This document shows positions 49,336 to 62,781 of a stretch of 64,000 nucleotides of DNA, piece by piece. A program made the translations under genes and the position numbers. Position 1 is the stretch's first letter. Each line of letters begins with the position of its first letter. The notes below the pieces were generated by a model. That model worked only from the letters and a program-made list of their open reading frames with translations, ran no database searches and was not told the DNA's origin. Source of the DNA: Octopus sinensis (Eukaryota). The stretch covers positions 110,794,001-110,858,000 of the forward strand of contig NC_043000.1 of NCBI RefSeq assembly GCF_006345805.1, given 5' to 3'.

Positions 49336-49576
49336 CATATTCTGTTGTGTCTGGAGCGAGTCATTTTCTTTTTGTGTCTTATAATGTAACACACGCACCG
49401 GTAAAATTTCCACTTATTATAATAACGGACAGAGTCAAGGCTATTGAAAAGGTTGCATGATGCAACGAAAATTTTAGGAAAATAAAAATAAGGAATAAGT
49501 GGAAATTTTACCGGTGAGTGTGTTACATAGTAAGGCACAAAAAGAAAATGACTCTCCCCATACACAACAGAATATG
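49336..49576. repeat. Long inverted repeat: 83-bp arms (7 mismatches), 75-nt spacer
   Basis: 49336-49418 pairs with 49494-49576. The whole insert is bracketed by ATATACAGTCATA at 49327-49339 and 49630-49642. Confidence 0.92.
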
Positions 49577-50844
49577 CTTCAACACATGAGCTCACATAAA
49601 GAATCTTGCAAACCAAATCCAAAAATGAAATATACAGTCATAAATTTCTCAATATTATAATTTGTCACTTTATAAGTAGAAAATTTGCATAAAAGCAAAA
49701 TTTCTTGCAAAGAAAAGAGAAAAAAAAACCTCCAAAAAAGAAACAAAAAAACGACCATCTCTCTCTGTATATTTATTTATTTGCTGAAGTGTTAAATTCT
49801 GTAATATAATATAAACAAATGACTAAGCTTTGAGAGCGAGAGTGGAACAGATGTAGTTATGAAAGTAAAGTACATGGGCCATGAACTGGAGTAATGGAAC
49901 GATGATAAATATCTAAATAAACATTAATTTACTCTGATATATACACAACACAAGAAAGCTATATGATGGTGAATGCTTGGTAGGTTTATGGTGAGGCGGG
50001 GGTGATGGTGAAGATAAAATATTGTGTACCATTCTACCGCTCTCCAGGGTATCAGATGGATGGTTATTAGTCAACACCAATATAAGTGTTGGCCTGGGAA
50101 GTTTTATTCCACTTGAATTAACATGGCAACAACTGAAGTGAATTATAATGTTATCTAATGACATTGATGAGTTTTCTCTGGCTTGACAAACTTTCCATAA
50201 TCTGTCTCGTTAAGTGCTGGCGGTGTTGGGTAAAGCTGCGTATTTGTTATGGACTGTTAATTTGAATTAGAGGAACCAGTTGGTTGTCTTTGATTATTTT
50301 TCTATAAAGATGCTTGCTTCCCAACTACATGGTTTCAAGTTCAATTCCGTTGCATGGCACCTTGGGCAAGTGTCTTCTACTATAGCCCCTGGACAACTAA
50401 AGCATTGGAAATGGATTTGGTGAATGGAAACTGAAAGAAGCCCATCATATGTGTGTGCGGTTGTGTGGTTGAGAATTTTGCTTCACAATTGTGTGACTTT
50501 GAGTTCAATTTCACTGTGTGGCCCCTTGGCTAAGTGTCTTCTGCATTAGCTCTGGGCCAACCAATGACGTGAAAGTGAATTTGGTTAATGGAGACTCTGG
50601 AAGCCCTTCATGTCTGCATCTTTGTGTTAGTCTCTTATTGCTTGATAACCAGTGTTGGTTTGATAACATCCCCCATAACTTAGTGTTTTTACAAAAAGAA
50701 ACTGACACAATTATCACCACACTTATAATAAGTTCTGGGGTCAGTTTGATTGATCAAAGAAGTCTTTAAAGGAAGTGCTGCAGCATGGCTACAGTCATGT
50801 GACTGAAATTAGTGAAAGTGTATAAAATTTTTTTCCAGGTACTT

Positions 50845-51118
50845 ATTGCGTGCCACCAGCACAGGAACTATGCTGGTGATATGCAATAAGCACCATTCAT
50901 GTGTGGGTGGTTGCCAGTGCCGCCTGACCGGCTCCTGTGCTGGTGGCACATAAAAACCACCCACTACACTCTCGGAGTGCTTGGCATTAGGAAGGGCATC
51001 CAGCTGTAGAAACATTGCCAAATCAAACTGGTGCCTGGTGCAGCCTCCTGGCTTGCCAATCCCCAGTCAAACCGTCCAACCCATGCCAGTATGGAAAACG
51101 GACGTTAAACGATGATGG
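50845..51118 (+). mobile_element. SINE family C
   Basis: Similar to the other copies, with a (GAT)n tail. Confidence 0.75.
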
Positions 51119-52261
51119 TGAAGGTGGTGAACCAGCAGAATGGTTAGCATACAGGACAAAATGCTTCGCAGTATTTCAACATTCTGAGTGCAAATTCCAC
51201 TGGGTTTAAGTTTTCCTTTCATCCTTTCAAGGTTGCTAAATTAAATATCAGTGAAGTACAGGGAAAACGGATGTTAAACGATGATGATGATGATATTGAT
51301 GTTCTTCCTTGGTGTCTCCCTTTACTCTGCCCAATCTTCTCGACTACTCCTCTTCTTCCACATCTCCCTGTGGATTGAGAGTGCACCTCTTCACCATCTT
51401 CTCCCTTTTCCAACTGAGGTAACGGTGGATCTCTTCCACTGCAAGACACCTGTTTCTTCCCATCTGTCATACTTTAACCCCTCATCACATGGCATAAACC
51501 ATCTCCATCTCAGTTGAAGGGTGTCTCATCTTGTGAGTACTTGGGTGCGTATTACAAGGCATTGGCAGCAGTGCCTCATAAAGGGCACCCAGTACACACT
51601 GTGAATTGGTTGGCGTTAGGGAGAGCATCCAGCTGTAGAAACCATGCGAAAGCTAACAGTAGAGCTTGGTGCAGTCCTTTGGTGTGTTGGCTCCTGCCAA
51701 ACCACCTGACCCATGTCAGCATGGGAAACGGACATTAAATAGTGATGATGTTGATAAAAAAGCAGTTGTAAAATGATATAGATGGTGGTGATGATGATGG
51801 TGGTGATGATGATGGTGTTGAGTGATGTATTATGGAGTACAATAGCACTGCTATTGCTCAAAGTGCACTGACACTGCAATATGGTGCAATACAAGTTTTG
51901 TTGCCTAGGAAACATGATAGATGGACAACATCAATAAAATGTTGTTGTTGTTGATGCTGATGGTGACAACAATAATGATGCGGGTGATGACTGTGATGCC
52001 GGCGAATAATAATATGGTGTGCTGTTTTGATGATGGTGATTCTGTATGGTGTTGAATAAAGAATAAGATGTTATTTAAAGTAGGAACTATTTAAAAATAT
52101 AAAAGACACAGACACAAAAAAAACGGGAAAAATGTTTCTTATTTTAAAGAAACAAACTGATAATAACAAGATTCAAGCAGAAAAATATGGAACAAAATTG
52201 CTTCATCATTGCAATTGTTCTCAGAATCAAATAGAATAAGAAGTGCCATTATGATAAGGAA

Positions 52262-53045
52262 ATATATATATATATATGTGTGTGTGTGTATATATGTATG
52301 TGTATATATATGTATGTATATGTATATATATATATATATGTATATGTATGTATATGTATATATATATATATATGTATATGTATATATATGTATATGTATA
52401 TATATGTATATATATGTATATGTATATATATGTATATATATGTATATGTATATATATGTATATGTATATATATGTATATATATATATATGTATATATATG
52501 TATATATATATATATGTATATATATGTATATATATATATGTATATATATGTATATATGTATATATATATATGTATATATATGTATATATGTATATATATA
52601 TATATGTATATATATGTATATATGTATATGTATATATATGTATATATGTATGTATATGTATATATATGTATATGTATATATATGTATATGTATATATATG
52701 TATATGTATATATATGTATATATATATATATATGTATATATATGTATATATATATATGTATATATATGTATATATATATATATGTATATATATGTATATA
52801 TATGTATATGTATATATATGTATATATGTATATATATGTATATATATATATGTATATATATGTATATATGTATATATATGTATATATATATATGTATATA
52901 TATGTATATATGTATATGTATATATATGTATATATATGTGTATATATATATGTATATGTATGTATGTATGTATATATATATGTATGTATATATGTATGTA
53001 TATATGTATGTATATATCTATCTATATATATGTATATATGTATAT
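52262..53045. repeat. ~780-bp compound microsatellite of (TA)nTG units
   Basis: Read directly from the sequence. It is the source of the spurious 255-310 aa ORFs. Confidence 0.95.
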
Positions 53046-53504
53046 AATTGTACTGATTATATATATGTGCATGTGTGTAAAGTGATAAACTTTGGTAAAG
53101 AGAGAGGGAGAAAGAGGGACATGAAAGTGGAATCGAAGTAAATGGGAACCGAATTCTATATGTGGAATCTTATTGCCAGTAAGTGGACGAAAAACAAAAT
53201 ATTAATGGATTTTATTCTCTTGGGGAAATGTGAGTATTTTGAAAGTCTGTTACAAAGAAAGTATATGCAGAAAATTGGAAAAAAAAAAAAAAATTCTGAA
53301 ATATTGCCAAAGTCTGTGTAGAACGGTAGCGGCAGCTGGTACCATTGTTTAATAGATGGACAGGTGGCAACATTGGGTCCTTAAAACTAACTGATGAGCG
53401 GTTTTGCTGGTTGAGTATTATTATTATTATCATCATTATTATTATTATCATCATTATTATTATTATTATCATTATTATTATTATTATTATTATTATTTGA
53501 GCGA

Positions 53505-53710
53505 GGTCATTGCCAGTACCGCCTGACTGGTCCCCGTGTCGGTGTCACGTAAAATGCACCCACTGCACTCTCGGAGTGGTTGGCATTAGGAAGGGCACCC
53601 AGCTGTAGAAACTCTGCCAGATCAGACTGGGGCCTGGTTTGCCAGCCCTCAGTCATTCGTCCGACCCATGCTAGCATGGAAAGCGGATGTTAAACGATGA
53701 TGATGATGAT
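53505..53710 (+). mobile_element. SINE family C
   Basis: Similar to the other copies, with a (GAT)n tail. Confidence 0.75.
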
Positions 53711-54347
53711 TAATGATAATATTTGATGGTATGCACAGATGTATTACAATTGAAATCCATGTCCTTGATACCAGGTCACAATTAATTTCTCTAGATAACG
53801 AGGACCCTTCAAACAATCCCTGTTGTTCCTAGTACAGTCCTCCCCCTCCTCCTGTTATCACTATATAATGGTCCTAAAAGTAATTAATGAGAAATGATGG
53901 TAACTGAATATTTTTACTATTTCTGTTCTTATTCTTATCATTTTTCGTATTTTATTACCATGTTGACCTGCCGTTTCAAGCGAATGGCTGGCCTTTTTTC
54001 TTAGTTTTTTTTCTTTTTTTTACACCATATTGACTAGAATTGTACTGTATCCTAGGCAAAGCTACGTAACTTCCATTGCTTCAGTTTACCTTGTAATAAA
54101 TAGTTACCAGTTGGAACCACAGATTGTGGTTGCAGTTGTTGATGAGAGTTTTATAAACTCATAGTACTGAGTTCAATCCTTCTCAATGGGAAGATCTGTG
54201 ATGTTTAGGTTTTTTGGGAAAAAAAGGTGATGTCTGTGAGAAATGAGTAATATGTGCAGTGAGGCTGGCCAGCACTTGAACACCATTGTTGCTTGACAGG
54301 TGGGCCAAGGGAACCATCTTCTTCATTGCGCACCCTCCTCCCTGATA

Positions 54348-54795
54348 GTTTGAAGGCTTGTTCCACCAAATGGCTGGTCGGAACTGAAACTAACACGACA
54401 CTGTTGGAAGGCAGGTTTAGTGAGGGTGCGGGCCAAAACTACGTGCCCTTTCCCTCTATTGGTCAGTTGAAGCTCAGACAGTGTCACGTGACAGTTTGCT
54501 GGTGCTGGCTACTAGAGCCTACCAGTGAGTATTTAAAAGGAAATTTGGAAGAATGGTCAGTCGCCAGCTGACATTTGTTGATGCTGCATTGAAGAAACCA
54601 AAAAACAAAAGGCTAAAGAAAAAAAAGAGAAGAAGCGCACTCAACACCAGTGCTGAAGACACCTCCGAAAGGGAGTGGGGCCCACCACATTGAAAACAGC
54701 AGAGGAGTAGGGGCTGAAACTGGACATGGTTCCTCCTGATGATGTCCTTAGCCACTGAATCCTATAAAGGTGCTGTTGAGGTAGCGAACCATGAA
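54348..54795 (+). mobile_element. ~450-bp LTR-like / Penelope pLTR-like dispersed repeat, copy 2
   Basis: Colinear with 23385-23840. Confidence 0.7.
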
Positions 54796-55014
54796 ATGTT
54801 GGAATCCCACAATGATCCATGGTAGAAAAACCCTGATGGAATTAGTTTCTGTCAATTACATCGACTCCAGTACTTCACTGGTATTTAATTTAGCAACCCT
54901 GAAAGGATGAAAGGAAAAGTTAAACCCAGTGGAATTTGCACTCAGAATGTTGAAATACTGTGAAGCATTTTGTCCTGCGTGCTAACCATTCTGCTGGTTC
55001 ATACGTTCACCACC

Positions 55015-55275
55015 ATCATCATCATCATCATCATGATCATCGTTTAATGTCCGTTTTCCATGCTGGCATGGGTTGGACGGTTTGACTGGGGATTGGCAAG
55101 CCAGGAGGCTGCATTAGGCTCCAGTCTAATCTGGCAATATTTCTACAGCTGGATGCCCTTCCTAACGCCAGCCACTCTGAGAGTGTAGTGGGTGCTTTTT
55201 ACATGCCACTGGTATGAGAGCCAGTCAGGCGGCACTGGCATTGGCCACATTCAGATGGTGCTTTTTACGTGCTAC
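55015..55275 (-). mobile_element. SINE family C
   Basis: Similar to the other copies. Confidence 0.8.
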
Positions 55276-56308
55276 CAACCACAATTTAGTTTGCTTAGGG
55301 CTACCACAAGCCCTTGGACTCACAAGACCAGAGTTTAAACCTGTTGCAATGGCTTGTCAGTGACTGAGATTTCATCACTCCTCACCTGAATAAGTTGCTG
55401 GTCACTCATAAGGTTAGCTTCCCAGCTATTGTTGGTGTTCATTTACAGCTGAGTGGACTGGGACATGCAATCGAATGTTTTGCTCAAGAACACGGCATGT
55501 TGATCAGTCTAGGAATCAAACCTATAACCTTACAACTGTAAGTGTGAAATCGTATCCATTAAGCCAAGTGCCTTCACACAGTTTTGTCTGCTGCGCTACC
55601 AATTTTGGCATTACTTTTATTCTGGTTCTGTGAAGTCAGTGTATATACCAGGGGTTAGGCAGTAATTGCTGGTGAAAAATAAATATCAAGATAAACTCTG
55701 TAGTTTGATATAAGGTGAAAGAAGAAAGAAAAAGAGACAGAGAACAATGTTCGGTAAAAACTGTTTGCAAAGACCAGATATGTGGTAGTAGTAGTAGTAG
55801 TAGTAGTAGTAGCAGAGGTAGCGGCAGTATTTATCAAAGTGGCTGAGTGTTTGAATAATTTTTCAAAATTACAGCTTAGCTTATAGTTCAGCTTTATCTA
55901 TGTATATTTTTCAATGAAACAGATGCCAACACAACAATCAGTTTGGAAGTAAAAAGGAGGAGAAAATAAATACAAACACGGCTGATCTGTGAAAGAAGGG
56001 TTTTTTTTTTGTTTTTATTTGTATTTTCGAGCTGAATATTGATTTCTGAAGCAATAACATGCATAGGAACCACGACAGCATGTAAGAACACTGAACGGTG
56101 ATAGAGATTTGATTAAACAATGAAATATGGCCCATTCTGGGTTCTTGGAGAAGGCGGGGGAGGGGGAGGAGGAGACAAAAATAGACAAAATCTCTGATGA
56201 GAGAAATGTCAGTTAATGATTGTGTGAAAAGGAAAAAAAGCAGAATGTGAAGTGAACTGAAGAATGGAAACTGCTGTGAAATTGCAGATAGAAAAATACT
56301 GACAAATA

Positions 56309-56474
56309 GGTGCAGGAGTGGCTCTGTGGTAAGTAGTTTGCTTACCAACCACATGGTTCTGAGTTCAGTCCTACTGCGTGGCACCTTGGGCAAGTGTCTT
56401 CTACTATAGCCTCAGGCCGACCAAAGCCTTGTGAGTAGATTTGGTAGACGGAGCCTAAAAAGAAGCCCATCGTA

Positions 56475-56521
<47 letters not shown>

Positions 56522-56730
56522 GTGTGTTTATGTTTGTCCCCCCAACATCGCTTTACAACCGATGGTAGTGTGTTTACGTCCCCGTAACCTAGCAGTTCGA
56601 CAAAAGAGATCCAATAGAATAAGTACTAGGCTTACAAAGAATAAGTCCTGGGGTCGATTTGCTCGACTAAAGGCGGTGCTCTAGCATGGCCACAGTCAAA
56701 TGACTGAAACAAGTAAAAGAGTAAAAGAAT
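56309..56730 (+). mobile_element. SINE family A, full length
   Basis: Similar to the other copies. Confidence 0.85.
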
Positions 56731-57032
56731 GTAAGGGAACTTTAATGGCAGTGATTAGGAAATAAATAAACAATGTTCTTTAATGATTTTGCTAAGTTTA
56801 AGATTCAAACAAACATATAATTTCTCTCAAAGAACATGTTTTCACATGTTTGCAATTAATATTTTGGTTATTTTTTTCCAATAAAGTAAAAAAATTTTTG
56901 TTTTATATTTTTCAAACGTTAATTCTCAAGGAAATTTGGATATTTTAATCAGATAATGAGATATCTCCAAGACATTGGTAATTACTTATTATTCTAAAGT
57001 CGCCATAAATATAAAGAATCAAACATGGTCTT

Positions 57033-57107
57033 TGTTCCACCGTATCATTTTTATCTTTGAAGATTGGATGTTCCACCGTATCATTTTTATCTTTGAAGAT
57101 TGGATGT
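57033..57107. repeat. Perfect 36-bp tandem duplication
   Basis: TGTTCCACCGTATCATTTTTATCTTTGAAGATTGGA occurs twice, followed by TGT. Confidence 0.95.
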
Positions 57108-57515
57108 AAAAGAATCGTTAAATTTTTTTTTAACAGGTTTTGTTTGATAATTAACTCTTCTTAATGAAATAAAGAAATACAACCTGACATTGCAGCAGTT
57201 CTTCAGTGGGGGTGGGGGGGTGGCAATGAAATTAGCAGAAGAGAATCTTTCTCATTATTATTGTGAAAGAAAGATTTCGGTTTGTTCTTCTAACGAAAAT
57301 AAACCTGTGAGACAGCAGAATAATGCTCTTTAAATATGAGGTCATACTTGGGGCTGTTTTTAGTTTTGATCTCAAATCATTATCAAATCTAAAAACAATT
57401 AGACATCATTTAATATCATGACATATTATTATTATTATTATTATCGTTATCATCCTAAACAAAATGCTTTGTGTCATTTCTTTAAACTTTTCATTCTGAG
57501 TTTAAATGCACCAAT

Positions 57516-57700
57516 CAAGTACTGCGGGGTTGATATCATTGACTAACCCCTCCCAACAAGTACTAGGAGTGGGGTGGTTGATGTAATTGGCTAACCACTC
57601 CCCACAAGTACTGGGGGGAGGGGTTGATGTAATTGGCTAACCCCTTCCCACAAGTACTGGGGGAGGGTTTGATGTAATTGACTAACTCCTCCCCACAAAT
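57516..57700 (+). repeat. About 4 tandem ~40-bp units derived from a family B SINE 3' part
   Basis: CAAGTACTGGGG...TTGATGTAATTG(G/A)CTAAC..CTCCC is repeated. Confidence 0.8.
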
Positions 57701-57839
57701 TTCCAGCACTGAAGAGGTACCTCTTCTCTTTAGTCATCTGTCAAGTCACAACAAGGACCTCAGACAGATAATACTTTCCTTAAGATGTGCGCTGGGCCCA
57801 ATAAGGCTGCTTTTTGCGAGACATCAGTCTTGTATGGGA

Positions 57840-58090
57840 TTATTATTATTATTATTATTATTATCATATTATTATTCAGGTCAATGTTTGGAATCGAACT
57901 CGGAAACTTGGGGTTAGTAGCCTGCGCTCTTAACCACTACGCCATACGTGTTTCCAAGCAGTAATCTGAATAATAATAATAATAACATCATAAAATACCT
58001 TAGAAAAGAGAACCCAGGTTTGAAATTTCCCCAAGACACCTGAATGTAAATAATGTAAATAATTCCTTATCTCTTAAATATAGAACTGTA
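57840..58090. mobile_element. Second, rearranged copy of the tRNA-headed hammerhead element (head inverted, ribozyme deleted)
   Basis: The tRNA-like head is on the minus strand (57886-57948). The plus strand then reads TTCCAAGCAGT...AAAATACCTTAG..AGAACCCAGGTTTGAAATTTCCCCAAGACACCTGA|ATGTAAATAATG, matching 22732-22900 with the hammerhead segment missing. Confidence 0.7.
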
Positions 58091-58699
58091 ACACTCATTG
58101 TACATTTAAAGCAGCTTGAAGTGGTAATCTGTACATTTTATTGTAGCATTAGTAGGGCAGTCAAATTACTTCGCCCTAGCTGGTGCTGTGTTCCATCACT
58201 CTTTAAAAGCTAACGGCAGAGGAATACACATGACGACTTCTGCCCAGAGTAATACCACATGCTTTTCAAAGGCGTTTTATCCAGTCGGTGTCTAAATGTT
58301 GCAATGTTAACATCTAGTCCTCTTTCATCGCTGCTTTGCTTTATTCCATTCAGATGTAGACACTAATCTGTTGATGAGCTTGTGGCTCATCTGGCTCGAC
58401 TTGCTATGGGATTTCTACCTCGCCTCACTACCACTTCAAAACTCATTGGATATTTTAGTTTTGCAGCCAAGTACCGGGGCTAACTACCTTGATATGCATT
58501 AAGGAATTAACTCATGCCTCCTACACCCTGATGTCTTGTACACTTATCTCTGTTGTGCTAGCTACTTCATGTGTGAGCAAGGAATAAATTAAGTTTGTTA
58601 ACCAAAAGCATTGCCTTCTGATTTTTATTGTTACCTTTATGTAAAACATGTATTCATACATTTCAAACCTTCTTACATGCACACATCTAAACATACTTC

Positions 58700-60530
58700 C
58701 TAAACTGGTAAAGCCCAACTCTTAATTTACCTCTTGTTACAATATCATTCAACAGGTTGGTAAATTTGAGGATAGCCTCTGTTGCAAAGAAGAGGAATTG
58801 GCCAGTATCCACCAATATCTTTTAATCTTTTACTTGTTTCAGTCATTTGACTGTGGCCATCCTGGAGCACCGCCTTTTAGTCGAACAAATCGACCCCAGG
58901 ACTTATTCTTTGTAAACCTAGTACTTATTCTATCGGACTCTTTTGCTGAACCGCTAGGTTACGGGGACGTAAACACACCACCATCGGTTGTCAAGCTATG
59001 TTGGGGGGTGGGTACAAACACAGACACAGAAACATATACACAGACACATACATATATATACATATATATACGACGGGCTTCTTTCAGTTTCCGTCTACCA
59101 AATCTACTTACAAGGCTTTGGTTGGCCCAAGGCTATAGTAGAAGACACTTGCCCAAGGTGCCACGCAGTGGGACTGAATCCGGAACCATGTGGTTGGTAA
59201 GCAAGCTACTTACCACACAGCCACTCCTAAGCCTATATATCAATAAACTCGTCTTGGATGATTTCAGCCTTCCAAATGTGAAATGGTCTGAAGGCCACAT
59301 TCTCTCTATGGTGTTAGTGCATGAACCAAGGCAAGCAGAATCCTTATTTGAACTTTCTTAGATGCTGTTTGTGGAACAAGTGATACTCCAGCCAACCAAG
59401 GGTAATAATATCTTGAAATCTCTGCTTCACAAATAATATAAACTTTATCCATGAACGTGATACCAACTGCTTTCTCAGACCACAACACTCTAGAACTAAC
59501 ATTGTATGGTCCTTGGTCCTAGGTGAACTGCTGACATCTATGAAAATGGTTGGAGTCATATCCAACTTGAGTTTCCATAAAGTGAATTGGAAATCAATGT
59601 GTAAGGGGATCCACAAACAAAACTGGTCCCACAATCTGTCAATGGCTGACAATGACTGAAAACTTAGTGTATATTGACAGTGCTAGCTATATGCACTAAA
59701 TATGTTCCAGAAAAAAGGCCAGCATAGCCAAAAATAAAATTCTCAGGGTTGGGAAAATCCTTATGAGATGGAGAACTGAGGTTTCGAACTGTACTCTCAG
59801 CTTACTAATGCACCCCAGGTTGCATTTACACAATGCAAAAGTACTGCAATCCCAGAGTCACAGACAATGAGAGACTTGGGGATCAGTATGCACAATGATG
59901 CATCATTTCATGTGCATATTACCAAATTGGCATCAAAGTGTAGGCAGTTAGAAGGATGAATATTGAGGTCCTTCAGGAGAAACGACCAAGAAGTCATGTC
60001 AATCGTGCGGGAGACCTTTGTTCTCAACTGCCTGGACTATTGCTCTTAGCTGTGGTCACCACATAGTGTCAGATTAACAGCAGGACTTGAAGAAATCCAT
60101 TGCTTTTTACTAAAAAGATTGCCAGAGTGCAGCAGATGAACTGGAAAAATCTGAAAAAAATTATGGTTTTACTCCCTGGAATGAAAACACAAGAGATATG
60201 GAATAATTTACAGTTGGAAAATTGTGGAGGGGCTAATATCTAACTTTGTGGTCAAGAGTCATACAAGGGAACATACTGGATGCCATTGTATAGAACCAAA
60301 GTTACTGTCCACTCTGTCTAAAATGAGGACCAGGTACTGCAATAATTTGGGGCTCAAAGGTCCATAGCTCTTCAATGTCCTGCTGAAAGAACTAAGAAGC
60401 CTACACTATGTGGATGTCTTCAAAAAGGAACTGGACATTCTCCTAACCATGATACCAGATGTACCAACATCCCAACATGAAACTCAGATAAGGGCAGCAA
60501 TTTCAAACTCCCTCAAATACCCGATATAAA
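58700..60530 (+). mobile_element. Degenerate, internally deleted CR1/L2-group LINE (APE endonuclease end plus RT C-terminal region)
   Basis: Endonuclease part: LVLDDFSLPNVKW...EQVILQPTKGNNIL...PTAFSDHNTLEL. RT part: IPESQTMRDLGISMHNDASFHVHITKLASKCRQLEG*ILRSF...LDYCS*LWSP. Many stops; interrupted by a SINE. Confidence 0.8.
58825..59233 (-). mobile_element. SINE family A inserted in the LINE remnant
   Basis: Similar to the other copies. Confidence 0.85.
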
Positions 60531-61208
60531 CCAGGGAAAAAGGCACATACAAGAGTGGTGATATGAAATGCTACCACACAAAAGAGGGCTGTGGAAAGGG
60601 TACAAAGTTACATTGGTGCTCCAGCATGGCTGCAGCCACATAGATGAATCACATAAAAGAAATGGGAGAAATAAACATCCTTTCCATAACATTTTCAGAT
60701 AAATATTTTCTAACCAATATTTTCCCAACAAGATGGCCAGCACATGTTGAAATGGAGGAGTGGGTTTAGGAGGAAATGACACTGCTTCTCCTTCCTTCTG
60801 CCTCAGGCTTAAATGCCATTTGCTGCAGGAATCCACCAGCAAGCCTTCAATGTGAGGCAGCAGAGCAACTCCCACCAGAAGTAGCCAGGAATCTAGAAAC
60901 AACAGCAACAAATGATGATGATGATGATGATGATGGCAACAACAACATCACTAACATCAACAGGAACTGTGACACCTCCAATAACAACAGCAAAGAAAGC
61001 AACAACAATAATAAGATAACCAGCGGGAGCTTTAGCGGCAACAAAAAATGGTGCCAGCAGCAGCAGCAGCTGCAGTTATGTAAACAAAAAGCCCAGCAGC
61101 AGATCTTGATGACTTTTCTCTAGAATCTTGGAGATGATTTTTCTCTGGGATTTTGGAGACAACAAATAACTTCACTTATATTAGAGTGGCGTTTGTTTAA
61201 AATCAGGG

Positions 61209-61550
61209 TCATCATCATCATCATTGTTTAACTTCTGTTTTCCATGCTGGCATGGGTTGGATGGTTTGAGAGGAGATGGCCAGCTGGAGAGCTGCACCAG
61301 GTTCCAATTGTTTGCCTTGGCAGTGTTTCTACAGCTTGATGCCCTTCCTAATGCCAACCACTTTACAGAGTGGCACTGGGTGCTTTTTATGTGGCACCAG
61401 CACCAGTGTTTTTTTCCATGGCACCAAAATGGATGTTTTTTGTGTGCCACCAGCACAGGAGCCTTCTACGTGGCACCAGCAGGGATGCGTTTTATGTGGC
61501 GCCAGCACATGTGCTTTTCTATCTAGGGCCAGCACAGGTGCTTTTTTCAT
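61209..61550 (-). mobile_element. SINE family C with internal tandem amplification of a ~25-30-bp unit
   Basis: TTTTATGTGGCACCAGCAC-like units are repeated at 61385-61550. Confidence 0.75.
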
Positions 61551-62532
61551 GGCAAAGGACACACACACAAACATACTCATGCATACACACACACACACAC
61601 TCGAATCTTTCAGTTTCCATGCAGACTCAGCCTAAACCTGAAGCTATGTTGTTTCAAAGCGAGGTTCTTAACCGCATTGCCATGTCTACGCCTGCGTAAG
61701 GTGCAGTGTGCAGTATTGTCATTGTCTTGGTGGTGCCATGGCTGAGCTGGTCTGGGGGGTGGGGAGGAGACATTTCCATGATTCTCTGAGTGCCGTAAGA
61801 GTGCTTCATCAGAGTTGACCCAAATCTATACAACAGCAACAACAACATCATGAACAGTGGTCCATTTTGTTCCATATGTGTATATAAACATTATTTGTCT
61901 TGCAGTAAAGGTTATATATATTGGCACCTGCTTTTACATACTACAATTCTCACCTGTACATAACAAGGCATTTGTTGTTGTTTGATCTGCTAGAAATAGC
62001 AACAAACTTTACTTTCCCATCAAATCATTGTTCTTTCTGTTTAAGGCACACCACCCGCAGTTTTGAGGAGAGGGGTAGGCACCTTATATCAACCTTAGTA
62101 CTTGGTTTATGTTCTAGTTTATTAACCCTGCAGGAATGAAAGGCAGAGTTGACCATAGCAGAATTTGAACTCAGGAAGGTCACTAAGTATTTTGTTTGAC
62201 GCACTAAAGATTCTGTCAGCTCACTGCCTTTTTAATATATTCTTTCCAATTTCAGCCCAAGGCCAGTCATTTTGAAGGGATGCAATGTAAGGGAAGGAAA
62301 TTTTAGCTGTCCTAGATACACCTGAACAGACTAAGACTAGTTGGTCATGGATAGACAGTCTTTAATCATAGGCTGCTCACTCAAGGTTGATGTGGGGTTA
62401 ACCAACAACAGCACTTCCCCTGTGACAACCAGTCATTCGGCAACACATGGACATATTTAGCCACCATTCTGTGGCTTCATATGTTGTGTCTGAACACCAT
62501 TCTTAATCATTTCAGTCTGTCTGAGATATATA

Positions 62533-62760
62533 GGCGGAGAGCTGGCAGAATCGTTAGCACGCCGGGCGAAATGCGTAGCCGTATTTCGTCTGCTATTACG
62601 TTCTGACTTCAAATTCTGCCGAGGTCGACTTTGCCTTTCATCCTTTCAGGGTCGATAAATTAGGTACCAGTTTTGCTCTGGGGTTGATGTAATCGACTTA
62701 ATCCCTTTGTCTGTCCGTTTGTCCTCTCTATGTTTAGTCCCTTATGAGCAGTAAAGAAAT
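62533..62760 (+). mobile_element. SINE family B, full length
   Basis: Similar to the other copies. Flanked by AGATATATA / AGATATCTA. Confidence 0.85.
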
Positions 62761-62781
62761 AGATATCTAGGTGTGGATAGA

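Noticed and set aside
52209-53141. Longest ORFs in the track (255-310 aa) and the many Y/I/C/V/H/T-rich ORFs elsewhere
   Set aside because: They are translations of (TA)n/(TG)n/(CA)n microsatellites, which lack stop codons.
23385-54795. The two 450-bp direct repeats read as LTRs of a single 31-kb element
   Set aside because: The copies are clearly diverged, I saw no shared TSD, and the interior is ordinary SINE-rich intron with no gag/pol.
59474-59485. Second SDHN motif
   Set aside because: It is the C-terminal SDH motif of the LINE APE endonuclease.
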